This document shows, in pieces, positions 9,025 through 18,266 of a stretch of 64,000 bases of DNA. The notes under the pieces were generated by a model. The model worked only from the letters and a program-made list of their open reading frames with translations, had not been told where the DNA came from and ran no database searches. Source of the DNA: Hyphomicrobiales bacterium (GTDB lineage Bacteria; Pseudomonadota; Alphaproteobacteria; Rhizobiales; Im1). The stretch is from NCBI GenBank assembly GCA_036881905.1, contig JBAJNN010000003.1:27448-91447 (forward strand), given 5' to 3'. A program made the translations under genes and the position numbers. Numbering within the stretch: the stretch's first letter is position 1; every line of letters starts with the position of its first letter.

Positions 9025-9048
9025 GGGCAACGACGGATGCCGTTGCCC
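9025..9048 (-). promoter_or_regulatory. Intercistronic stem-loop (GGGCAACG / CGTTGCCC, 8-nt loop) between the 158-aa ORF and the oxygenase gene
   Basis: A perfect 8-bp inverted repeat was read directly from the sequence. No U-tract follows it on the minus strand, so it is more likely an mRNA-stability or partial-attenuation element than a full terminator. Confidence 0.4.
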
Positions 9049-9055
9049 GAGAACA

Positions 9056-9532
9056 TCACCGAGAAACCGTCTCTACGCGGCTTTCCTTGTTTTTTGCAAA
9101 GTTCGGCGAACCATGGAACGGATCGACAGAACCGGACTCGCCGGATTGCAACATCGCATATTGAACCGGGCTTAAATCCTCAAGAAACTCGTTGCCGGAC
9201 GGGATCACGAAGGAAATGCCGTAGCCGCCATAGTCCGAGGGTTGCTCGATTCGATAGGCCTGAAGCTGATCATAGGTCAAAAAATACGACTTATTCCGCG
9301 CCAGATGCTGAATGATAACAGTTGGCTGGCCGGTCCCCGATGCGTTGAACGGGGGTGTCGCCTCGATCAGCTCATTGTCGGGGATCGAAAAGGTGACGAC
9401 GCCGTGATCGATGTGAACCAACTTTTCCGACGACATCTCATAATTCGCCAATGCCTGCGAATCGATGAGATAGGCGCAACCGACTCGGGGGTCTTGGATC
9501 AAAACACTTGGCAGTTGGTAAAAGCGTTGCAT
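9056..9532 (-). CDS. Hypothetical acidic 158-aa protein with no recognisable family; first gene of the modification-like operon
   Basis: ATG at 9532 (the ORF track starts at TTG 9538). It is preceded by AAGGAGG (9547-9541) with an 8-nt spacer. A consensus promoter lies upstream and a stem-loop lies 8 nt after the stop. Confidence 0.55.
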   Translation of the reverse strand: MQRFYQLPSVLIQDPRVGCAYLIDSQALANYEMSSEKLVHIDHGVVTFSIPDNELIEATPPFNASGTGQPTVIIQHLARNKSYFLTYDQLQAYRIEQPSDYGGYGISFVIPSGNEFLEDLSPVQYAMLQSGESGSVDPFHGSPNFAKNKESRVETVSR

Positions 9533-9584
9533 TTTCAAAGCCTCCTTATGGAAGTTTTTCTGCCTTGAAAAACAGATCTTCCCG

Positions 9585-9626
9585 AAGCTATAGCTTGATT
9601 ATAGCGGCCAGATTCGGTTATGTCAA
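9585..9626 (-). promoter_or_regulatory. Consensus sigma70-type promoter (TTGACA-N17-TATAAT) with a 12-bp perfect palindrome AAGCTATAGCTT over the expected transcription start
   Basis: On the minus strand the -35 TTGACA is at 9626-9621, the spacer is 17 nt, and the -10 TATAAT is at 9603-9598. The palindrome is at 9596-9585. All of this was read directly. Confidence 0.6.
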
Positions 9627-9860
9627 GCGGAAACATTCTTTTGCGCCGAATGCGCCTTATCTGCGGAAATTCTGCCCGTGGGCGCGGCAACCGGATTGAT
9701 TTTGCTCTTAAGCGCTTTCTCGTGATTCCGGCGTTTTGAGATGAGGCGCTTAAGGGGTATCCATGTGGTCTATTAAGAGAATAAATTTCATGATCGACTT
9801 GATCTGCGTGGTAATGTGGTATAAGGAGCGCTTTCGTCGTCTGCGGTGAAGAGACGGATT

Positions 9861-9936
9861 AGGGGTGTAGCTCAGTCGGTAGAGCGGCGGTCTCCAAAAC
9901 CGCAGGTCGGGGGTTCGATCCCCTCCGCCCCTGCCA
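9861..9936 (+). tRNA. trnW: tRNA-Trp (anticodon CCA)
   Basis: The cloverleaf was folded by hand. Acceptor stem: AGGGGTG/CGCCCCT. D arm: GCTC..GAGC. Anticodon loop CTCCAAA with CCA at 9893-9895. T arm: GGGGG-TTCGATC-CCCTC. A 3' CCA is encoded. The position upstream of secE-nusG is the classical one. Confidence 0.92.
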
Positions 9937-10055
9937 GATGGTCAGGGCAGGGTGGGCTGCGGACAGGTTTTCTCGATTGCGTTGCGTATAAAATGATAAG
10001 ATGGCCGGCTTGAGGTTATTCGCGGTGTCATTGGCTACTGGAATTGGCGGGAAAA

Positions 10056-10253
10056 ATGCTTAAGACGAGCCCGTTAGCGTTTATCCGGCAGGTTCGTTCC
10101 GAGGTGGCGAAAGTAACCTGGCCGACGCGCAAGGAAACCGTTATTACAACGGTCATGGTTGTGGTCATGTCGGTTTTTGCGTCGATTTTTTTCCTGGTGG
10201 CCGATAGTGTTCTTGGTGGGATGGTCGGTTACATTCTGGGAATCGGCGCCTGA
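10056..10253 (+). CDS. secE: Preprotein translocase subunit SecE
   Basis: MLKTSPLAFIRQVRSEVAKVTWPTRKETVITTVMVVVMSVFASIFFLV...; the position is tRNA-Trp/secE/nusG. The ORF track starts at TTG 10044; ATG 10056 is preferred. Confidence 0.85.
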   Translation: MLKTSPLAFIRQVRSEVAKVTWPTRKETVITTVMVVVMSVFASIFFLVADSVLGGMVGYILGIGA

Positions 10254-10272
10254 AAGCGGCGATTGGGGGGTC

Positions 10273-10803
10273 ATGGAAAAGCGTTGGTACATTGTTCATA
10301 CCTATTCCAACTTCGAAAACAAGGTCGCCGAATCGATCCGTGAGCAGACGGCGGCGGCGCATTTGGAAGACCTTATCGAGGAAGTCATGGTGCCGACCGA
10401 AGAGGTGGTGGAGGTCAAACGCGGGCGCAAGACCGTCAGCGAACGGCGTTTCCTCCCAGGTTACGTTCTGGTCAGAATGAGCATGACGGATAGGGGGTAT
10501 CACCTGATCAAAAACACGCCGAAGGTCACGGGCTTTCTTGGCGCCAACAACAAACCCGTTCCCATTTCCGACGTTGAGGCTGGGCGTATTCTCGATCAGG
10601 TCAGGGAAGGCGTGGAACGGCCGCGTCCGTCGGTCACTTTCGAGGTCGGCGAACAGGTGCGGGTTTCCGATGGGCCTTTTGCGTCATTCAACGGTCATGT
10701 GGAAGATGTCGATGAAGAGCGCGCGCGCCTGAAAGTTGCGGTTTCTATTTTCGGTCGCCCGACGCCGGTTGAGTTGGAGTTCGCTCAGGTTGACAAACTC
10801 TAG
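10273..10803 (+). CDS. nusG: Transcription termination/antitermination factor NusG
   Basis: MEKRWYIVHTYSNFENKVAESIRE... with a C-terminal KOW (...GEQVRVSDGPFASFNGHVEDVDEE..). The ATG at 10273 is chosen inside the longer ORF 10159..10803. Confidence 0.9.
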   Translation: MEKRWYIVHTYSNFENKVAESIREQTAAAHLEDLIEEVMVPTEEVVEVKRGRKTVSERRFLPGYVLVRMSMTDRGYHLIKNTPKVTGFLGANNKPVPISDVEAGRILDQVREGVERPRPSVTFEVGEQVRVSDGPFASFNGHVEDVDEERARLKVAVSIFGRPTPVELEFAQVDKL

Positions 10804-11031
10804 CGTAGGGGTTGATTCTGCGTTTGGAGTTTTGTATCGCTTGTGTACACCTTTCGGTCGGTGTAGGGATGTTCGGCGATTCGTGTAGACGAGCCTTAAA
10901 AAACGGGCCTGTTGGTTTGAGAGTGGCGGCTTGGAGATTGGCGCGCCATGACGTAGCCCTTGCGTCTGGCGGTGCCGCTATGTTTTGGTTTGTAAACGGC
11001 GGGTACGGGCCGGTAGGAGACATTTTGAACG

Positions 11032-11460
11032 ATGGCGGCGAAAATTTCCGGATACCTCAAATTGCAAGTGCCGGCCGGAAAAGCGACGCCGTCTCCCCCG
11101 ATCGGGCCCGCGCTCGGTCAGCGCGGGCTTAACATCGTGCAATTTTGTAAGGCATTCAACGCGGCTTCTCAGGATATGGAGCCGGGTGCGCCTTGCCCTA
11201 CGATCATTACGATCTATCAGGACAAGTCATTTACCTTCGATATAAAGACCCCACCGGCGAGCTATTATCTCAAAAAGGCGGCCAAAGTTGACAAAGGCTC
11301 CAAGGAACCGGGTCGCGATCCGGCCGGGCAGGTGACGATGACGCAGATTCGTGAAATCGCCGAGGCGAAACTTAGGGACATGAATGCGCGCGATATTGAT
11401 CGGGCGGCGAAAATCATCGCCGGCTCCGCACGCTCCATGGGTTTGGAGATCGCGGGGTGA
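11032..11460 (+). CDS. rplK: 50S ribosomal protein L11
   Basis: [44 protein letters not shown]... Confidence 0.95.
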   Translation: MAAKISGYLKLQVPAGKATPSPPIGPALGQRGLNIVQFCKAFNAASQDMEPGAPCPTIITIYQDKSFTFDIKTPPASYYLKKAAKVDKGSKEPGRDPAGQVTMTQIREIAEAKLRDMNARDIDRAAKIIAGSARSMGLEIAG

Positions 11461-11524
11461 GCGTAAGCCGGGCAATTCGGCGGCGGCAGCTTCGATATGG
11501 TGACGATGGTTTTTGGGTGACGTT

Positions 11525-12220
11525 ATGGTAAAAATGACGAAGCGTGTCAGGGCGATTCGCGAAGCGGTTGATAGGTCGAGAAAATATGCCCTTGACGAAG
11601 CGCTGCGGCACATTAAGACGCTGGCCAGTGCGAAATTTGACGAGACGGTTGAACTTGCCCTCAATCTCGGTGTCGACTCACGTCATGCCGATCAGATGGT
11701 GCGCGGCGTGTGCCGGCTGCCGAACGGCTCCGGCCGCACGGTGCGGGTTGGTGTGTTCGCCAGAGGCGATAAGGCCGATTCCGCCAGAGAAGCCGGCGCC
11801 GATGTGGTTGGCGCCGAGGATCTGGTCGAGGCGGTTGCCAAGGGTCACATTGATTTCGACCGCTGTGTCGCCTCGCCGGATATGATGCCGCTTGTGGGGC
11901 GGCTGGGCAGAGTGTTGGGGCCGCGTGGTCTGATGCCCAACCCCAAAATCGGCACGGTGACGTCCGATGTCGCTGCGGCGGTCAGGCAAGCCAAGGCGGG
12001 TTCGGTTGAGTTTCGCGTCGAGAAGTCCGGTATCGTTCATGCCGGTATTGGTAAGGTTAGTTTCTCGACAGACGATCTGGTGGGCAATGTCAAGGCGTTT
12101 GTCAAGAGTGTCGTCAAAGCTAAACCTGCGGGCGCCAAGGGCGCCTATCTCAAAAAGGTGTCCGTGACGTCCACGATGGGGCCGGGTATCGGGGTCGACC
12201 TTGCCAGCATAATGGGCTGA
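11525..12220 (+). CDS. rplA: 50S ribosomal protein L1
   Basis: [51 protein letters not shown]... aligns with E. coli L1 (MAKLTKRMRVIREKVD...). Confidence 0.93.
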   Translation: MVKMTKRVRAIREAVDRSRKYALDEALRHIKTLASAKFDETVELALNLGVDSRHADQMVRGVCRLPNGSGRTVRVGVFARGDKADSAREAGADVVGAEDLVEAVAKGHIDFDRCVASPDMMPLVGRLGRVLGPRGLMPNPKIGTVTSDVAAAVRQAKAGSVEFRVEKSGIVHAGIGKVSFSTDDLVGNVKAFVKSVVKAKPAGAKGAYLKKVSVTSTMGPGIGVDLASIMG

Positions 12221-12673
12221 AAGCCCTTTTGGAGGAGTAACATTCGGGTTGCTTAACCGACGCGGAATCAGGGAAATGATGTGCGTCAGGCAGTGGGTTC
12301 GGGGAGGTCGTGCTTGTTTCTGTCTTTTTGTGACCCTTTTTAAGAAGACCTGCCCCAGAGTGCAAAAGTGCGGCGTGATGAGGTCGCTTAATTGGCCAGC
12401 CGGCATGAGACGGGGAAGACAGTTCGGTTTCGGGCAAGCCGCCTTTAAGGGCGGTCGGGTTTGAGAGTCGGTTCGGACTTCGCCAGAAGCCTTTCCGGTC
12501 GCCTTCAAGATGCTGGGCGGGTGGCCAAGACAGGCGGCGAGCGCCGCTGAATGGGCCTTGCATCTGTCTGATGGCGGTTGCAACGGCTCGTTTTTACGGT
12601 TAAGTGGAATGTACCCGCAAGGCCCGTGGGTGATCGCGATGCGGGGCTATGACTTAAGAAGGAGACCAGGCAG
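12221..12673 (+). promoter_or_regulatory. Long untranslated rplJ leader (candidate L10/L12 autoregulatory leader)
   Basis: There is a 453-nt ORF-poor gap between rplA and rplJ. L10-leader regulation of rplJL is well established in bacteria. I did not fold it or match it to a covariance model. Confidence 0.3.
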
Positions 12674-13192
12674 GTGGACAGGGCTGAGAAGGAAAAGCTC
12701 GTTACAGCGTTCAACCAGGCCGTTGTGGCCGCCGGGGTGATCGTTGTAAGCCACTATAAGGGCCTGAAGGTTGGCGAAATGGATCTGTTGCGCGGCCGGA
12801 TGGCTGAAGCCGACGCTACATTGAGGGTGGTGAAGAATCGTCTAGCGAGGCTTGCTCTTGAGGGCACGCCCGCGGAGGGAATCAAGGACCTTTTCACCGG
12901 GCCCACGGTTGTTGCGATGTCCGGTGATCCGGTCGCCGCGCCTAGAGTTCTGTGCACCTTTGCCACGGACAATGACAATCTCGTCATCCTTGGCGGAGCG
13001 ATAGGCCCAACGGTCCTTGACTCCGTGGGGGTGAAGTCTCTCGCCAATCTGGCCTCGCTTGATGAACTCAGAGTTGGGCTGGTCGGTATGATCTCCACTC
13101 CGGCGAAGCGGATGGCCGGCGCTCTGCAAGCGCCTGCCGGCCAATTGGCTCGTCTGCTCAATGCCTATGCGACAAGGGATGAGGCCGCCTGA
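12674..13192 (+). CDS. rplJ: 50S ribosomal protein L10
   Basis: GTG start; MDRAEKEKLVTAFNQAVVAAGVIVVSHYKGLKVGEMDLLRGRMAEADATLRVVKNRLARLAL... Confidence 0.92.
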   Translation: MDRAEKEKLVTAFNQAVVAAGVIVVSHYKGLKVGEMDLLRGRMAEADATLRVVKNRLARLALEGTPAEGIKDLFTGPTVVAMSGDPVAAPRVLCTFATDNDNLVILGGAIGPTVLDSVGVKSLANLASLDELRVGLVGMISTPAKRMAGALQAPAGQLARLLNAYATRDEAA

Positions 13193-13256
13193 TGGCCTGT
13201 CTTGCTTGAGAGCGTGTTCCAACGTCCAACCAACCGATTGAAAAAGAGTGTAAACA

Positions 13257-13637
13257 ATGACTAATCTTGAAAAAATTGCCGATGATTTGTCCGCCCTGAC
13301 CGTTCTTGAGGCCGCCAATCTTTCCAAGCTTCTGGAAGAAAAATGGGGTGTGTCCGCCGCCGCGCCGGTCGCGCTGGCCGGTGCCGCGCCTGCGTCTAGC
13401 AGCCAGGCCGAAGCGGAAGAGGAACAGGATTCCTTCACTGTAATCCTGACAGCCGTAGGAAGCAAAAAGATTAATGTCATCAAGGAAGTACGCACTATTA
13501 CCAGTCTTGGTCTGAAAGAGGCGAAGGATCTGGTCGAGAGTGCGCCGAAACCCGTTAAAGGGGGCCTTTCCAAGGAAGAGGCCCAGGATATCAAGGCAAA
13601 AATGGAAGGGGCGGGTGCCACCGTCGAGCTGAAGTGA
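13257..13637 (+). CDS. rplL: 50S ribosomal protein L7/L12
   Basis: ...[24 protein letters not shown]... and ...[55 protein letters not shown]. Confidence 0.95.
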   Translation: MTNLEKIADDLSALTVLEAANLSKLLEEKWGVSAAAPVALAGAAPASSSQAEAEEEQDSFTVILTAVGSKKINVIKEVRTITSLGLKEAKDLVESAPKPVKGGLSKEEAQDIKAKMEGAGATVELK

Positions 13638-14061
13638 GACTTGCGCGCGTAATGTCCGCGCCTCTGCCATGGCCCTATCTCCTAGACTATGGCCGGGGCT
13701 GCGGAAAGGCCGGTGTGACAAGCAAGTTCAACGCATAACACAACCTTCGTGTTCTTCCGCTCGAGGTGTTTTGAGTTGCATGATACTGGTAGGCGGAATT
13801 TCAAACAGTGGCCATATTAGCGTTCCCGCGATCTTCATGCGCCGCGCGTGGCCATGGGATATTGGCATGATGCGTGATTTTAGGGAACACTCACGTTTTT
13901 GTGTTTCGCGGTCTCTCCGTGGGGCATGCAGGCTGCGGGGTTGGTATGGTCGGCTTGAGACAAGACCGCCCCCTCTGGGTAAGCCTCGGGGGCACCTTAG
14001 AGACAACGCATTGGTTCGTTTATATACCATACGGCCGTAGCGGTTAAGAGGGTCAACAAGA

Positions 14062-17000
14062 ATGTCGCGGACATTTAACGGAGGCGAGCGGATTCGCAAA
14101 TTTTTCGGTCATGTCAGGGAAGTGCCGGAAATGCCGAACCTCATCGAGGTTCAAAAAGGCTCCTATGATCGTTTTTTGCAAGTCGGGGAGCCGGAAGGCG
14201 GACGAGAGGATGTCGGGCTGGAGGCCGCGTTCAGATCGGTTTTTCCGATTAACGATTTTTCCGGCCAGGCCACGCTCGAATTCGTCGGTTACAGCTTTGA
14301 AAGCCCTAAATACGATACCGATGAATGCCAGCAGCGTGGCATGACGTTTGCCGCGCCTCTCAAGGCAACCCTGCGTCTGGTCGTCTTTGATATCGACGCC
14401 GATACCGGGGCGAGGTCGATCAGGGATATTAAGGAGCAAGAGGTTTATATGGGCGATATACCGCTCATGACCGATCATGGCACCTTCGTCGTGAACGGAA
14501 CCGAGCGGGTTATCGTCTCCCAGATGCATCGCTCCCCGGGTGTGTTTTTCGATCACGACGGCGGTAAGACACACGCCTCCGGCAAGCTGCTTTTCGCCGC
14601 GCGGATCATCCCTTACCGTGGTTCGTGGCTGGATTTCGAATTCGATGCCAGGGACATTGTGAGCGTTCGTATCGACCGGCGCCGCAAATTGCCGGTCACG
14701 ACATTGTTCTATGCCTTGGGTCTTGATGGCGAAGCGATTTTAGGGCAGTTTTACGACAGCATCACTTACACGCGCTCTGGCAATGATTGGCGTACACCCT
14801 TTGATGCCGCGTGCTACCGCGGTTTGAAGCCCGAGCGCGATTTGGTCGATGCGGCGACGGGCGAGGTTGCCGTCGAGGCCGGCCGCAAAATCACCCCCCG
14901 TCTTGCGCGTAAGCTCACCGATGACGGGCTTAAGGACCTCCTAATCCGCGATGAGGATATTCTAGGCCGTTTTGTGGCCGAGGAGATGGTCAACCCGTCA
15001 ACCGGCGAAATCCATGCCGAGGCCGGCGACGAGGTGACGACGGAGATGCTCGACACCCTGCGTGACGTGCACTGTACGCAGTTGCGTCTTCTCAACATCA
15101 ATAATGTCACGGTTGGGCCCTATATCCGTAACACTTTGAAAATCGACAAGGTGGAGAGTTACGAGCAGGCCCTGATCGAGATTTATCGTCTCATGCGGCC
15201 TGGCGAGCCTCCGATCCGGGAAACCGCGCAAGCGTTGTTCGAGAGCTTGTTCTTTGATCCAGAACGCTATGATCTCTCTGCCGTCGGCCGAGTCAAGCTC
15301 AATATGCGTCTTGATCTTCAATGCGAAGATACGGTTCGCACACTGCGTCGCGAAGATATTCTAGCGGTTGTCAAGACGCTGCACGATCTGCGCGACGGCA
15401 AGGGAGAGGTTGACGATATCGACCATCTCGGGAACCGTCGTGTACGCTCGGTCGGCGAATTGATGGAGAATCAGTTCCGTATCGGCCTGGTACGCATGGA
15501 ACGCGCGATCAAGGAACGAATGTCGTCGTCGAGCGAGATTGACTCCATCATGCCGCATGACCTTGTCAACGCCAAGCCAGTGGCAGCCGTGGTGCGTGAA
15601 TTCTTCGGCTCCTCGCAGTTGTCACAATTCATGGATCAGACCAACCCGCTCTCGGAGGTGACTCACAAGAGGCGTCTTTCCGCCTTGGGACCGGGCGGTT
15701 TGACCCGTGAGCGCGCGGGGTTTGAGGTGCGCGACGTCCATCCGACCCATTACGGCAGAATATGCCCGGTCGAAACGCCGGAGGGGCCCAATATCGGCCT
15801 TATCAATTCCCTTGCGACCTATGCGCGGGTCAATAAATATGGCTTCATCGAATCGCCCTATCGCAAGGTGATCGACGGCAAGGTGTCGGATCAGGTTTTT
15901 TACCTCTCTGCCCTGGAAGAATCGCGCCACCATATCGCCCAGGCCAATGTTAAACTCTCCGCGGATGGCGGCTTCGCCGATGAATTGGTCATCTGCCGCT
16001 TTGCCGGCGATGTCGGCGTGGTGCGGGCCGATCGCATCGAATATGTGGACGTCTCGCCCAAACAGCTGGTTTCGGTGGCCGCGGCGCTCATTCCGTTTTT
16101 GGAAAATGATGACGCCAACCGGGCATTGATGGCCTCAAACATGCAACGCCAAGCCGTGCCGCTGCTGCGCGCCGATGCGCCTCTGGTTGGAACCGGTATG
16201 GAGGCCGTCGTGGCTCGCGACTCCGGCGCCGCGATCCCGGCGCGCCGCTCCGGCGTGGTGGATCAGGTCGATGCGCGCCGCATCGTCATTCGCGCCACCA
16301 ATGAAACCGACCCAACCAAGTCCGGGGTGGATATTTACACCCTGTCGAAATTCCAGCGCTCCAACCAGAGCACCTGCATCAATCAGCGCCCATTGGTCAA
16401 TGTCGGCGATCGGATCGAAGCCGGCGGCATCATTGCCGATGGGCCTTCAACCGAATTCGGCGATCTTGCTCTCGGTCGTAATGTCCTGGTTGCTTTCATG
16501 CCCTGGAATGGCTATAATTTCGAGGATTCCATATTAATCTCCGAGCGCATGGTGCGCGATGATGTCTTCACCTCGATCCATATCGAGGAATTCGAGGTCA
16601 TGGCGCGCGATACCAAATTGGGACCGGAGGACATTACCCGCGATATTCCCAATGTGGGCGAAGAGGCTCTGAAAAACCTCGATGAGGCCGGGATTATCCA
16701 TATCGGAGCGCAGGTTGCGCCGGGTGACATTCTGGTTGGCAAGATCACGCCGAAAAGCGAAAGCCCGATGACGCCGGAAGAAAAGCTCTTGCGCGCCATC
16801 TTCGGTGAAAAGGCCTACGATGTGCGCGACACCTCCTTACGTCTGCCGCCGGGTGTTCGCGGTACGATCGTGGAAGTTCGGGTTTTCAATCGTCACGGTA
16901 TTGAAAAAGATGAACGTGCTCTCGCGATTGAGCGCGGTGAAATCGAGCGCCTTGCCAAGGATCGCAGCGACGAGCTGGCGATCCTTGAACGCAACATCCG

Positions 17001-18159
17001 CACCCGTCTGGCCGTTTTCCTCAATGGCAAGGAGGCTGCCGGCGGAGGTGGGGTTTTCAAGGACCTTAAGGGCCCGATTACGCCGGATATTCTAAGTGGC
17101 GTGGCGCATTCGTGCTGGTGGGATATTGCGCTTAGCGACGAGAATGCCCTGTCCGAGTTGGAGGCCATGCGCCGGCAATATGAAGATGCGAGGAAACAGC
17201 TGGAGCAACGCTTCCTAGACAAGGTGGAAAAACTGCAGCGTGGCGACGATTTGCTGCCCGGGGTCATGAAAATGATCAAGGTTTTCGTGGCGGTGAACCG
17301 CAAGATACAGCCCGGCGACAAGATGGCCGGCCGTCATGGCAATAAGGGTGTGATCTCCAGAATCGTTCCGATCGAGGACATGCCGTTCCTTGAGGATGGA
17401 ACCCATGTCGATATGGTTCTCAACCCGCTTGGCGTGCCGACCCGTATGAATGTCGGGCAGATTCTTGAAACTCATCTCGGCTGGGCCTGTGCCGGCCTTG
17501 GCCGCCAAATCAGCGAGCTCTTGGACTCCTGTCGCGAGACCAATGACACCACCGCGCTTAAAGCGAAACTTGGTCGTGTTTATGGCGCCGATCGGGTGAT
17601 TGAGACGCTGAGTGACTCCGAACTGGTTCAAACGGCGCGAACGCTCGTCAAGGGTGTGCCGATTGCAACCCCGGTCTTCGATGGGGCCAGAGAAGACGAC
17701 ATTGTCGAGATGCTCGATCAGGCGGGACTTGACGCCTCCGGGCAAGTAACCCTCTATGATGGCCGCACCGGTGAGGTTTTCGACCGAAAGGTGACGGTCG
17801 GTTATATTTACATGCTGAAATTACATCATTTGGTCGATGACAAGATCCATGCCCGCTCCATCGGTCCCTACAGCCTTGTCACTCAGCAGCCGCTGGGCGG
17901 TAAGGCGCAATTCGGCGGCCAGCGTTTCGGCGAGATGGAGGTCTGGGCGCTCGAAGCCTATGGCGCGGCCTATACGCTTCAGGAAGTGCTGACGGTGAAG
18001 TCGGATGACGTTGCCGGCCGCACCAAAGTCTATGAGTCGATCGTGCGTGGAGACGATGCGTTCGAGTCGGGCATACCGGAAAGTTTCAACGTTCTTGTAA
18101 AGGAAATGCGCTCTTTGGGGCTCAACGTCGAACTGGCCGACAGTACTATAAATGCCTGA
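14062..18159 (+). CDS. rpoB: DNA-directed RNA polymerase subunit beta
   Basis: 1365 aa. [39 protein letters not shown]..., ...[25 protein letters not shown]... Confidence 0.97.
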   Translation: MSRTFNGGERIRKFFGHVREVPEMPNLIEVQKGSYDRFLQVGEPEGGREDVGLEAAFRSVFPINDFSGQATLEFVGYSFESPKYDTDECQQRGMTFAAPLKATLRLVVFDIDADTGARSIRDIKEQEVYMGDIPLMTDHGTFVVNGTERVIVSQMHRSPGVFFDHDGGKTHASGKLLFAARIIPYRGSWLDFEFDARDIVSVRIDRRRKLPVTTLFYALGLDGEAILGQFYDSITYTRSGNDWRTPFDAACYRGLKPERDLVDAATGEVAVEAGRKITPRLARKLTDDGLKDLLIRDEDILGRFVAEEMVNPSTGEIHAEAGDEVTTEMLDTLRDVHCTQLRLLNINNVTVGPYIRNTLKIDKVESYEQALIEIYRLMRPGEPPIRETAQALFESLFFDPERYDLSAVGRVKLNMRLDLQCEDTVRTLRREDILAVVKTLHDLRDGKGEVDDIDHLGNRRVRSVGELMENQFRIGLVRMERAIKERMSSSSEIDSIMPHDLVNAKPVAAVVREFFGSSQLSQFMDQTNPLSEVTHKRRLSALGPGGLTRERAGFEVRDVHPTHYGRICPVETPEGPNIGLINSLATYARVNKYGFIESPYRKVIDGKVSDQVFYLSALEESRHHIAQANVKLSADGGFADELVICRFAGDVGVVRADRIEYVDVSPKQLVSVAAALIPFLENDDANRALMASNMQRQAVPLLRADAPLVGTGMEAVVARDSGAAIPARRSGVVDQVDARRIVIRATNETDPTKSGVDIYTLSKFQRSNQSTCINQRPLVNVGDRIEAGGIIADGPSTEFGDLALGRNVLVAFMPWNGYNFEDSILISERMVRDDVFTSIHIEEFEVMARDTKLGPEDITRDIPNVGEEALKNLDEAGIIHIGAQVAPGDILVGKITPKSESPMTPEEKLLRAIFGEKAYDVRDTSLRLPPGVRGTIVEVRVFNRHGIEKDERALAIERGEIERLAKDRSDELAILERNIRTRLAVFLNGKEAAGGGGVFKDLKGPITPDILSGVAHSCWWDIALSDENALSELEAMRRQYEDARKQLEQRFLDKVEKLQRGDDLLPGVMKMIKVFVAVNRKIQPGDKMAGRHGNKGVISRIVPIEDMPFLEDGTHVDMVLNPLGVPTRMNVGQILETHLGWACAGLGRQISELLDSCRETNDTTALKAKLGRVYGADRVIETLSDSELVQTARTLVKGVPIATPVFDGAREDDIVEMLDQAGLDASGQVTLYDGRTGEVFDRKVTVGYIYMLKLHHLVDDKIHARSIGPYSLVTQQPLGGKAQFGGQRFGEMEVWALEAYGAAYTLQEVLTVKSDDVAGRTKVYESIVRGDDAFESGIPESFNVLVKEMRSLGLNVELADSTINA

Positions 18160-18266
18160 CCGGGGCGGAGAGGCCGTTAAAACCCCTTAGCTCAAAGCGC
18201 GAACCGTATCAAGGGGTCGAATCGGGAGCGTGCTCGGGATGAACTGGTGATAAGGAAGCGGAAATC

